Source: Chrysomallon squamiferum (taxonomy: Eukaryota; Animalia; Mollusca). Taken from it: a DNA stretch of 64,000 nt. Below are positions 11,331 to 23,539 of the stretch, in pieces; position 1 is the first letter of the stretch, and each line of letters opens with the position of its first letter. The notes under the pieces are model-generated. The model had not been told where the DNA came from. It ran no database searches and worked only from the letters and a program-made list of their open reading frames with translations. The position numbers and the translations under genes were made by a program. Location: assembly GCA_012295275.1 (NCBI GenBank), contig CM022678.1, positions 8,060,001 through 8,124,000 on the forward strand, in the 5' to 3' direction.

Positions 11331-12853
11331 CGTCATTTTCATCATCGTTATTCATAAAAAAAAATAAAAAAATCAAGTTTAATCGTTAAAATTATACTGC
11401 ACCACATTGCACGTGTGTACACTTACATTATCGAGACAGTTTACCAATGAATCTTGTACACGTCACAGAGTTTGATTAGTGTCGTCTGCCAATAAAATTT
11501 AACCACATGATAGTCCACTTTTTTCTTTTTTAAAGTATACTTTTATGATTTGCTAGAAATGTGAGTATATTACTGTATATTACAATTCAATTAACGACAA
11601 CAACTATAATAATAATAATAATAACCACTAACACATAATTTAAAAAAAAAAAAAAAAAAAAAAACGTTTAAGAAATAAAATAAAATAAAATAAAATAAAT
11701 ATATATTAAAAAAACAACAACAACAACAACAACAAAAAAAAAAAAACGCTGATTATACCGCATTCATTTTTAGCCCCAATATGTCCGAAAATGTCACTGG
11801 TCTCAAATATCTGCACCTCGGAATCGATCGTGCACTAAATGACCTTGGTTCAAGGAAAGTAATCATTTGTTCTTGAGATGGTGAGGTACATGGAACGTCA
11901 GCCATAAAATATTTGACTAAACTCGTAATTACTTGAATGTTTAAAAATCCTACTGAATGGCACCAGTCTCCATTGTTAATTGTTCGCCGTTTCTGGACAA
12001 GGTTAAGAAAGGACTGAACGAGTATGATGATGATGATGATGATAATAAAAAGAACGTTCTGATTCATACATTTTTTTTCGTTGTGTATAACAACAGCTTG
12101 TGATGTTTTTACGTTATCATCATCATCATTGTTATTATTAATATCATTATCATCGTTAATAACATCATCATCACCATCATTGTCATCGATAAGAACTATT
12201 ATTATTATTATTATTATTATATTCGACGGTAAGGGTTCTTTCTACCGATTTGTATTTTTTTTTTTTTAATAAACCCTGCACAAAGATGTCTACTGTGACT
12301 TCGATACTGATGAAAACGTAACTGTAACAAAATAATTAAAAAAAAAAATTCAAATACTCGAACGTATTACCCGAATATTGACAGATACTTCGAGATAATT
12401 TATATAAACACATAAAAATACAACACAGGCACAGATAACCCACTGAGACGAAATGCGTAAATACGAAGTAAGATCTAAGCAGACCTAAAAATAGACAGGG
12501 TACATACGTACGTGCGCATAATATATAGTTTATTAACAGCGCCCGAAGCACAATGTAAATAGACTGTTGAAGCTGACAGTTCATGTTTTGCATTATTCAC
12601 CACTCCCAGAAATATAATACTTGTATAATAAATATACGCTTGCATAGACATACATACATAGACATTATATTACATCTATGCATGCACGTATGCATGAATA
12701 CAAAATTAACAATATCTCACATATGCGCGCGCTTATAATTTCATACACAGACATGGTAAAATTTATGCAGACATTGATACAATCATTAATAAGAATATAT
12801 GTACAATAAAACAGTTTATTTATTTATTTCTTTATTTCTTTATTTATTATTAC

Positions 12854-12908
<55 letters not shown>

Positions 12909-13917
12909 TGATTTGAATTGTTTTTTTAGATCTGCTTATTCCCCCCTCATTTCTTTAATTCTAATCATTTTCTTATTTCTTTTACAATTTTTCGTTTTAA
13001 GACACTTGTTTGGCTGATAAAATTTCTCGAATATTCGGTACATATAAACAAAGAGTGCTTTCCCTTAGTTACCGCCACCGCTGGAATTTGCACCCTTTGA
13101 CATTACAAAGTCGGTAAATAGCGAATGCTGATGTCATAGGTAACGCCTTCCAAACGCGTTTTGTTTGACTGAATATATCACGAAACCAGTTATCTCCCTC
13201 AAGTACCTATCTTGCCAGTAGTTATTACTTTTCCGATTCTGGAGAATGACGGTTTATTGGATTTTTCAGGACTGTGTGGAAGAATGTCTGTCACGTTTTC
13301 TGTATCGATCCAGTTGGATTTGCAATATTCTGTCACGAAGCAGAAGTGTATAACTGCGGCGGAGGAATTTATTAGTCGCGAAAGTGTGTCAATTGTGTAG
13401 GGGTCTGGATAACAAGCAGGATCTTTTTTTTTTTTTTTTTTTTTCACTATACCTTTATAACGATTTGTTTTGATACATTGTCGTAATCAGTTACGTATAA
13501 CTGTACTTCATGTTTGAATGGCTTTTTCTTTTATCATCCTCGAAAAGTATCAGCAGGAAAATATACCCAATAAAAACAAGGGTGAAAATGTACCAGTGAT
13601 GATGATGATGATGAATGTATGTGTCTATGTATGTGTGTTGTGTGTTTGTATGTATATATATGCATGCGTGTGTGTGTTTGTATGTATGTATGTATGCATG
13701 CATGCGTGTGTGTGTATATATATATATGGTTCAGTTATATCAAACAACAATTTAAGAGAAGCTCGGCTGCAATAAAGGAAATATTAGACCATATCACGCC
13801 TGCTTGAGTCTCACCAATACGTCAAGGAACTATTTTCACCCGAGGAAAAACTGTACAAGAGTGAGTCATCCGCATTGTCACGGATTCATGAAAGCATGAA
13901 ATGACTACCTATGTCAG

Positions 13918-14165
13918 GTGTTGTCAGCATATTCTGTATTAATATCAAATGATTTATACTGTGGAAGGTTGTATAAGGATGACGTCGTTGAAGCTGTCAT
14001 TATCAATATTTGTCAGCACAGTTCAGAATATTATTGCCATGTCGTTATTTAAAATTGTTGTTGATGGTTGTATACTGATGACGTCGGAGAGGCTGTCGAT
14101 GTTAAAATTTGTCAGCACAGCATAGATAATCATTACCACGTCGTGATTTAAAACTGTTGTTGACC
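13918..14165. repeat. Diverged tandem duplication, about 99-bp unit
   Basis: atgacgtcg..ga.gctgtc...atttgtcagcacag...gtcgt.atttaaaa.tgttgttga occurs at about 13979 and 14078; a third ttgtcagca lies at 13921. Confidence 0.7.
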
Positions 14166-14348
14166 TCGGCGAGGTTGTTTGTAATGATATTGTATTGTTA
14201 GTGTAATCTTTATAATTTATGTATAAATTAATATATATTATTATATCAGTGAGTGTTTTTATTGTTGTTGTTATTTATTTATTTATATATTTATTATTAT
14301 TATTATTATTGCTGCTGCTGCTGCTTTATACTACAACTACTACTACTA

Positions 14349-14406
<58 letters not shown>

Positions 14407-14454
14407 TAACAATAATAGTAATAATAATAATAATAATTTTATTTTTTGTTTATC

Positions 14455-14492
<38 letters not shown>

Positions 14493-15033
14493 CTAATACT
14501 GTTGCTGCTTCTAATACAGCAACTACTACTAATAATAACAGTAATAATAATAATAATGAATAATAATTGTTGTTGTTGTTGTAGTCGTCGTCGTTACTAG
14601 AAGTGTTTGTTTTATTATACGAAGGAGAGTAGATGTATATCAATATCTGTCAAAGCCTCGTATTTCTCTGCACGCATTCTGTCATTTTATTCTCGCGTAC
14701 ACTTTCTCCGTGTAAACGTGATAGCGTACTCATTGCATCAGCTCGTTTTGAAATTAAAACTTAGAACACAGTTACGTCATTTCCAGGCATGTGACAAAAA
14801 GCTCGTAGATAGAAAATCGCTGCAGATAACAACGTGAAGTTACAGGTTAATGCCTTTCTGTTATAATAATAATAATATAAAATATGGCGATGGCAGAATG
14901 GAAACAATTACTTCTATAATAAAACGACAGCATCTTGAATTTATTTTATAGCTAGCTAAAGCTACGCACATTTTAATAACATTCGCAGTAGTAATAATAA
15001 TAATAATGATAATGATAATAATTAACAAACATA

Positions 15034-15106
15034 CGAGCTTGCCAGGATTCGAACCTGGAATCTTCTGATCCGTAGTCAGACGCGTTATCCATTGCGCCAC
15101 AAGCCC
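15034..15106 (-). tRNA. tRNA-Arg (anticodon ACG)
   Basis: GGGCTTGTGGCGCAATGGATAACGCGTCTGACTACGGATCAGAAGATTCCAGGTTCGAATCCTGGCAAGCTCG, 73 nt; complete cloverleaf, paired acceptor stem GGGCTTG/CAAGCTC, intact A and B boxes. Confidence 0.97.
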
Positions 15107-15693
15107 TTGATGTTATTAACATAGGTGTATTTTTAATGTATATTTTTCGTTATGTATTTTTCGTTACGTTCCTATACTGTGATAATATGATGATAATATT
15201 TCGGGCACTGTTTACATGTAAATTATTTTATCAATATAAAAATATTCCATTAGAATGTGTGTATGTGAGTTTATATGTATCAATGTATGTATGTATGTAT
15301 TTATGTATGTATGTGTGTATTATGTGTGTACGTGGAGGTCTGTATGTATATATGAGTGTATGCACTATTTATTCACAACATATACACAACAACAACAACA
15401 AAAATATATTTTAAAAATTTAAAAAAAAAAAAAAAAAAATAAAAATAAAAAAAACGAAACAAAAGAAAACAAAACGGAAACAAACATATTTGCATTAAGT
15501 TTATTTTTGTTGAAGGTTAAAGCATGTTATATCCAGGACAAGTAATCTCGGAATTTTGGACAAATGCCAACCAGAATTACACAAAGATGAGTGTCACATC
15601 ATTTGTCATTTTAAATATTTCGTTTACATCGGTACTGATGTTTGATGGGTTATTTTATTTATATATATATATATTTTTTAAAATTATTATTAC

Positions 15694-15724
<31 letters not shown>

Positions 15725-17469
15725 TATTATAATTATTATTATTATTATAGCTATTATTATTATTATTATTATTATTATTTTATTTATTATTATTATTTTA
15801 TGATTTAATAGCAGTAATTATGTAACAGTATTCTTTAATATAGACCATTTATCAGTGTCGAAAAGAGATGCTGAATTAGATGAATTTTATTGCCAGTGAT
15901 ATAATACTGAACGTTAACAGAAACCCTTGAGTGATTTCAAGCTCCTATCTTATTAATAATCCTTTGTCAATAGTTATTATATAGTCAGCCATAGGGACGT
16001 TTTAATTTTTTAATTTTTTTATTAATCGTAATGGTCATCAATCTAATTCTCCTTACTGAATTATAACCCGTTCCTGCCAGCACCAGCGCAACCTTTGGCC
16101 GACCTTGACCCCCGACCCACCCGGCCGACCCCGCGGGTGACAGAGGTTAAGGTCGTAGTGGGAGTGTGGAGTGGATCCCAAGAGTAAAGATGGAAGTTAG
16201 AAACTACGAAGGTAGTTTCCAAACTGTAAGAGGAAATCATTGAAGGTTCAAAACGATAAACGAAGGGGTACAGGGAGAAGGGAGAAGGGACAAGGGAAAT
16301 CACTCCATACTCCCACTCCATTGAGGAAAGAAGTCAAAAAGAAAAGAAGTATGAAGTCGAATGCCGTTTCACGTTGGGTAAACCCAGTGCGTTTATTTTC
16401 GAAGCGACCAAGCAACAAACATTTTATATTCTTCAATGATTTTATCCACCTTTTCTAACTCATATAACCAAACTTCATAACATTGTGAAAATACATACAG
16501 TTGTTTCATATTCTGAATAATTTCTCTTTTAATCTAACAACAAAACTGATAAAATGTATATTTCTCATGCATTTCATATTCAATATATTTCTCAATAATT
16601 TCGTCTTTACTAATATCATAATACCAGTTCTTGCAAAAGTGTCTAGCACAGAAGTCTCTTTCAAATAATTGCTAAACACCTGTAAAGCTAGTCAGCTTAA
16701 GCAAATGGAAAAACTTCTTCCAAAGGTTCGAAATATTGATTCAACATTGCCATTGTTAATCAAACATTTTTCTGGAACATCTCATGGGTTCACGAGATGA
16801 CCAATACCTCTGCTCCAAAGGTAATGTACCTTATTGTTGATCTACCAAAAGGCCTTGGAATGTGCTTTCTTGTCTGGAAAGATGCAATAAATAATACTTT
16901 GTCGTAAACTGAAAACTGAGGTCTCCTTTTGACTGTCGCTCCTTTCACGTTATCTTTGACCCTTAATCAAACCCACTACGTTTTTATTTTTATTTACATT
17001 ATTCCAAATGTCTAGCACATAAATCGATCTCTAGTGATTTTCGTTCCTCAGAAATGACTCATCGATTCCAGCTGGTCGATATCGATCGCGTTGGAGGTAC
17101 CTGCTTTAATATACTGCTTTGTTTACTTTACACTGAAAATTAAACATTCCATTCCTTTGGTATTGCTTTCGTATTACCGAGGCCAGTAAACGGAACAAGT
17201 ACGCGATCCTGGTACCTCCCAATTTCAAGAACGAACTCTTGAAACATTGTCGTCTGCTTAATATTTTTGTCAATACTGGGAACATACGCCCACGCGCTTT
17301 CGATAACCTTCGCGGCGTGACGGTTAAATTTTGAATGCTCTCTGACGCAAGACACAGAAATACATTTCAGTCTAATTGCTTCCGTTCAGCTGTAAGCTTT
17401 GTTTGGATTTTAATCATTAAGAAAATATTACGTGTTTTTTTTATAAACAGAAAGTGCATATATTTGTTT

Positions 17470-17544
17470 ATGTACGTATGTACGTATGTATGTATGTAAT
17501 GTATGTAAGTATATATCGAGTTAGCGTCAGGTCTTAAGTGCATA

Positions 17545-17588
<44 letters not shown>

Positions 17589-17760
17589 TGCATATGTGTA
17601 CGCATATAAGTATTTAATTACGTATGTATGTATGTAATGTAAGTAAATATAGATCGAGTTAGTGCCAGAAGGTCTTAAGTGCATATGTACGTGTGTGTAT
17701 GTCTATGTGTGTGTGTGTGTATGCATATGCATATAAGTATTTAATTACGTATGTATGTGT
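17470..17760. repeat. Tandem duplication (about 140 bp) with embedded microsatellites
   Basis: atcgagttag...ggtcttaagtgcatatgta...gcatataagtatttaattacgtatgtatg occurs twice. Confidence 0.8.
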
Positions 17761-18209
17761 GTGTGTATATTTACTTATTATACATGTATGGTGTATGTGT
17801 GCGTGTTTATGTGTGCGTTGTTCTGTGATTTATGTTTAAAAAGTTGTATTAATATTGCATTTACTGTCTGTAATCTTCAGTATATTAATTATTACTATTA
17901 AATATTATTTCGATATTAGATATTATCTGAGTCGAAATTACCTTGTGCTTATACATTTTTTGTTCTCTGTGTTTTCCTTGATTTTTATTGTATATATACT
18001 ATAACCAAACCATAAAATTATAAACTGTTTACATAATTATGTGTTTACAGTCTGAACATTAATCGTCCACTGTATGTAACTAAGGTACATATTACTGCTA
18101 CGACCTCATTCAGCCGTGGGACCGTCCCTTCTTAATCCTGCTCAACGACGCAGTTCGAATTTGCTGTTTACGTTTCGGATCAACTAAATACAGGACGCAG
18201 TAAATTCGT

Positions 18210-18400
18210 GTTGCTTTCCAATCACCTGTTCCATCTTGTTGATCGTCTGCTGCATAGGGAAGGCCGACAGCCTGGCCCAATCAGTGACTTGTACACGTCA
18301 CCTGTTTTCGTTACGATTAGTGACGATTCTGTACGACCGACCTGTCCTGGGTGCTATAAATAGATCGACCCCCCCCCTTCCTTCCCGACAAAGGAGAGTT
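18210..18400 (+). promoter_or_regulatory. Orphan Pol II promoter-like element
   Basis: CCAATC at 18218 and 18277, CACGTCA at 18294, TATAAATA at 18355, all inside a CpG-rich island; no adjacent coding exon. Confidence 0.5.
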
Positions 18401-18666
18401 GTGGATCGGCGTCGCAGTATTGCAGCTATCGAAGTAAAGTTCGACCAAATTTATTTGTAGCTGTCATTTTGCTCAGATCGTATGATGTTTATCACGTATC
18501 GTTACAGAATAATAGGCCAGAGGGTATTTTGTATTTAAAAAAATTCCATCTTTCTTAAATTTATTTATTTATTTATTGTTGCTGTTGCAGCTATTCATAA
18601 AGATGATGATGATCATTAATCAGCAAAGTGTTGGTTTTTAATTTTATCAAATTATATATACGTATT

Positions 18667-18698
<32 letters not shown>

Positions 18699-18778
18699 TT
18701 TTTTTTATTATTATTTTTTTTTTTTTTTTTTTTTTTTTTGCGTATTGGATAGCACTCGTATTGTATTTATTTTTCTTC

Positions 18779-18813
<35 letters not shown>

Positions 18814-19181
18814 TATTATTATTATTTAAGTTGTTAAATAAAACAATCGCCATATCCTTTACCCTATCCGTGACTGTTCTTGACAGTTTCAGTTAAATGT
18901 AAGCTGATTAAATTTGATTTATGTCCAGGTTGATAATGAAAGAGTGATCTGTATTATTAATAAGGAAACTCATATGACCTTGTCGGCCGGTCTGACATTT
19001 CTTTATCAACTAGGTTGCAATTCAGGACGACCGCTATTGCACAATCGCGCTCCCGGAAACTCCCGATTCTAGAATGATCGAGTATCTTCGTCACTCAACG
19101 TAAACGAAACTAGCGGAATTTTTATTTTATATCATATTTAGGTATGTGACGATGTAAGTTCCTGTCTCACACACACACGGA

Positions 19182-19276
<95 letters not shown>

Positions 19277-19363
19277 GCTTTTTATCTTTAAATTGTATTT
19301 ACATATTTCTGTTCTAATTCATTTCTACGTTAGTAATAATAATAATAAAAACAACGCAAAATA

Positions 19364-19404
19364 TGAGCTTGCCAGGGTTCTAACCTCGAATCTTCTGATC
19401 CGTA
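19364..19404 (-). pseudogene. Truncated 3' half of tRNA-Arg(ACG)
   Basis: TACGGATCAGAAGATTCGAGGTTAGAACCCTGGCAAGCTCA; 4 substitutions relative to the copy at 15034, including a broken B box (GTTAGAA); 5' half absent. Confidence 0.88.
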
Positions 19405-19956
19405 AACGTTTCTTTTTATTTAACACATTTTAAAATTATATTTACTTGACATATTTATTTATACTGGCATGCATGTGGCCGATTTAGCATCAAAGATTCT
19501 TAACTGTCCAAAAGTCAGACAGCACGTACCATGGTATTTCCTAAAGCAGGTCGTTGTTTCTAGAATGTCCAGTATACGGTCTCGAGGGTGGGGGGTACCT
19601 AGGATCTTCATTCTTAAGAAACCACTAATAAAAAGAAGAAGAAGAAACAAAAAAAAAAAAAAAAAAACAACCAGAAAACCGAAACGCAAAAAGAAAGAAC
19701 ATTCAGTAACAGTTCTGCTGGTACATATTATTCAGATGCAATTCAGTAATTAACACAGACACTTCCTAATGCTGAAAATTGTTTTCTTTCGAATAAAACG
19801 TGAGAAAGAACAAAAAGTATATATCTAGGATATTTGTTAGTTTTATCACAAACACTATTTCAACACGCTTTCAAAATGTAATGATAATTTTATAATCTTT
19901 TTAACGCAGTATGAAAGCGTGTTGAACGAGTATTTGTTAATCGAAGGTAGACTGGG

Positions 19957-20061
19957 GTATGTAAGTACCCCTTCATCTTCCTGTTTGTGGTATGTAAGTA
20001 CCCCTTCATCTTCCTGTTTGTTGTATGTAAGTACCCCTTCATCTTCCTGTTTGTTGTAAGT
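19957..20061. repeat. 33-bp tandem repeat, 3 copies
   Basis: gtatgtaagtaccccttcatcttcctgtttgt(g/t) starts at 19957, 19990 and 20023. Confidence 0.95.
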
Positions 20062-20295
20062 CAACAGTTTAGTAAGAAGTTACCCAGGAAGGTGTACCCT
20101 TTTACACGATATTTTTAACTTCCTTAATGAAGAAAGAAAGAAAGAAAGAAAGAAAATAACATACGTACATACAAACATACGTACATACAAACATGTGGGA
20201 TACAGTAACATCTTCATCACTACTATCACCACCTTCATCATCGTCATTACAGTTGTCATGATTGTATTGTTTGTACCATTCCGATTCGTTAACTT

Positions 20296-20397
<102 letters not shown>

Positions 20398-20488
20398 GCA
20401 CACACATACACACACAGAAACAGACACTCAAAAATCCACTTTCTTCAACACTTTGATTCTTTGATTTCTTTATATATGTATGTATGTA

Positions 20489-20519
<31 letters not shown>

Positions 20520-21168
20520 ATGTATGTATGTATGTATGTGTGTATGTGTGTATGTATGCATATATATGTATGTATGTATGTGTGTATGTATGTATCTATA
20601 TGTACGTACATGTGGGTGTATGAAGGTAAACATGTATGTATGTCCCTGGGTGTAAGTAGTTATTTATATACGTTTGTATGTAAGTATGTATGTACGTATG
20701 TATGTACACAAATATACAGATACATCCATCTTAAACATACACACTTAAACAGTCATGCACGGACGCACATATAATGAAATATCTTCTTTCCACTGGCTGT
20801 AACATTCACCAGGTCAGTTTACTTCTTATCCTATGCGTACTAATATGAGCTTTAAAAAGAAAAAAATCAGCAGTAATTTTAGATCTCCTTTCTTGTTCAC
20901 CTACCCGAAACAACGTCCTGCTTTAATAATAATAAAAAATACAAAATAATAAAAGGTCATTTACAAAATAAACTGCTCAGTTCAAGGTAGAAAAACTCCG
21001 ATTTTAACAGGAAGTCGAAACAGGACGTTTTGAAGCAGACGTGAACTGTATTGCGTCAGCTTGACCCTGTCCGTCAGAGTGAGAGAATGACGCAGGAAAA
21101 AAAAAAAAATTAGGTGACTCCAAAATGAAAGCGTCCGTGACGTCAGTCATGTCTCATAGGTTGTTTTC

Positions 21169-21220
<52 letters not shown>

Positions 21221-21906
21221 TGTGTGAGTGTGTGTGTCATATTGTTGTTTTGTGTTATATTATTTTTGGGTGGAATAAAAAGTTTTGAAACTGTAGAGGT
21301 CACTGACCTAACTGAGAGTATACATCAGGTTGAGACGTTTTGTTATGTTAACATTATTGATCTGTTGATTTGAGAATCAAACATGATCGATTTAAATAAA
21401 TAAGGTTACTGACATGTAAATTATTGACATGCAGTTACGTATGTTTCAACTAATACTTACTTTTACGTATAAATAGTAAGTTTATAGAACTTTAAATATG
21501 ACGCCAGTTAGAGTCCTTGTAAATATTCATAAACAATGCTCGTGTGACTCTAAATAGCAATAAAATTATTTATAATGATACAGCATCATGTACCATCCAT
21601 GATACAGTACGTTTAGAGTGAAAAATAATGATACTGGGATATCTTTTTAATGTTCTACCTTTGCTCAAAAATATATATAATTATTATTTTTTTTTTAAAA
21701 TTATTATTATAAGTTAATTCCTTTGTTTTGTTGTAAGCCTCTTTAAATCCTTTACAAATTTCTGGAATATATTTCGTATGCTTTATAAACTGAATGTTTA
21801 AACCAATCTTTGTTAATAATAAAGGCTGAAAATAATTTTTAAAAAAGAAACAGAAAATTATATTTATTTTAATAAAATAATAAAATACAGAAGAATAAAA
21901 GTCAGT

Positions 21907-21955
<49 letters not shown>

Positions 21956-22175
21956 CGACGATGATGATGATGGTGACTTTGATGGTGATTATGATAATGA
22001 TAACAATAGTAATACAGAAAATTAATTTTAATTTTAAGAATAATAATATAGAAAAATTAAAATTAAAATACTGATAAATTATACAGACGATTAAATTTTT
22101 GAAAATAGTAAAATGATACACAAAATTAAATCTGACTTTAGTTTTTAGGAAATAATAATAGCAAAACAAACAAAC

Positions 22176-22206
<31 letters not shown>

Positions 22207-22512
22207 AATAAAGAAGAAAGTTCAGGGTTAAGTTATATATGTACGAACGAACATCTGATTGATGATATTTTCAACTTCACAGATGTCGATAGAACTTTTT
22301 TTAAAGTTTTTTTTTTTTTTTTCATTGAACTTGTTTAAATTTTAACATGGCCGCAGCGTTGCTGAGTTTAAACCAATGTTGATTCAAGTGTTCACAGAAA
22401 CAAATAAACATATTGATCCGCGATAGAAAAAAGTTCGTTTGTTCCTTTCACGTTACTATTAACGTGATTCTAGCGTTAATTCCACGATACACCGTGAATG
22501 TATGGCTTAGGG

Positions 22513-22587
<75 letters not shown>

Positions 22588-22675
22588 TTCCGAATGAATA
22601 CAAGCAACATCGCAATGTAAAATACAGATGGACGCACGAATGCACCCTTTTATACATACATACATACATATACAG

Positions 22676-22717
<42 letters not shown>

Positions 22718-23442
22718 TCTTACACCGCTTAGTCACAATTTTGTAGGCTAGGTAACTTTCTTTTCATGTGAGAGTGATGTACAAGCTTGCTACCTACACT
22801 GGAATGCAGAGATGACAGTCAGTGGGGGGAGTGTCAAATGCGTAGTTTTACTTCTTCCATTGCCACGTGATGGAGCAACTTTTACAATCACAGAGGTACT
22901 TCGTAGAAAAATAAAATAGTTCCAAAACATTATTTGTGATAAATTATAATTTCCATTATTAAAAAAAAAAAAAAAAAAATTATTATTATTATAGTTGTTT
23001 CGATTTTTTATTAATTTATAATATGTATTTATTGTAAAAAATAATAAACGACCTGTCCCTATGTTAGTTTTGTAAAAAAAACCATTCTTTTAATTATTTG
23101 GTAAATTAGTTGTACATATTAAATCTGATTAATTGTGAAATGCGAAATTTTCGATCTGAATGTTATAATTTATATGTTGATAAATGTGTAAAAATTATAT
23201 ATATATATAATTTTTTCTTGTTTTGTTATCTTCACCATTGATGTCGTGTTGCTGTTATTATTAGTATCACCATCATCATTATTAAAACAGAAATTATCAG
23301 ATTTCATAATTTCCGTTTGTTCGTTACTGTTGCTATATTAGAAACGCCATTTAAGGTATTTAAATTTTTTTTTTTTAATTTTAATTTTAATTTTATTTAT
23401 TTTAATTTATTCATATACATATAGATATACATATACATATTA

Positions 23443-23486
<44 letters not shown>

Positions 23487-23539
23487 TTTTATTTTTTTAC
23501 TTATCAAAACAAAGATATACGCTAAAAACAGGGAATCAC

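Noticed and set aside
16060-16075. TAACCC as a telomerase RNA template, or a piggyBac-like terminus
   Set aside because: Reads TAACCCGT rather than TAACCCTAA; no U-rich pseudoknot or H/ACA domain recognised, and no matching TTAA-flanked opposite end.
16704-16799. 31-codon ORF MEKLLPKVRNIDSTLPLLIKHFSGTSHGFTR
   Set aside because: Short, no recognisable homology and no supporting exon structure.
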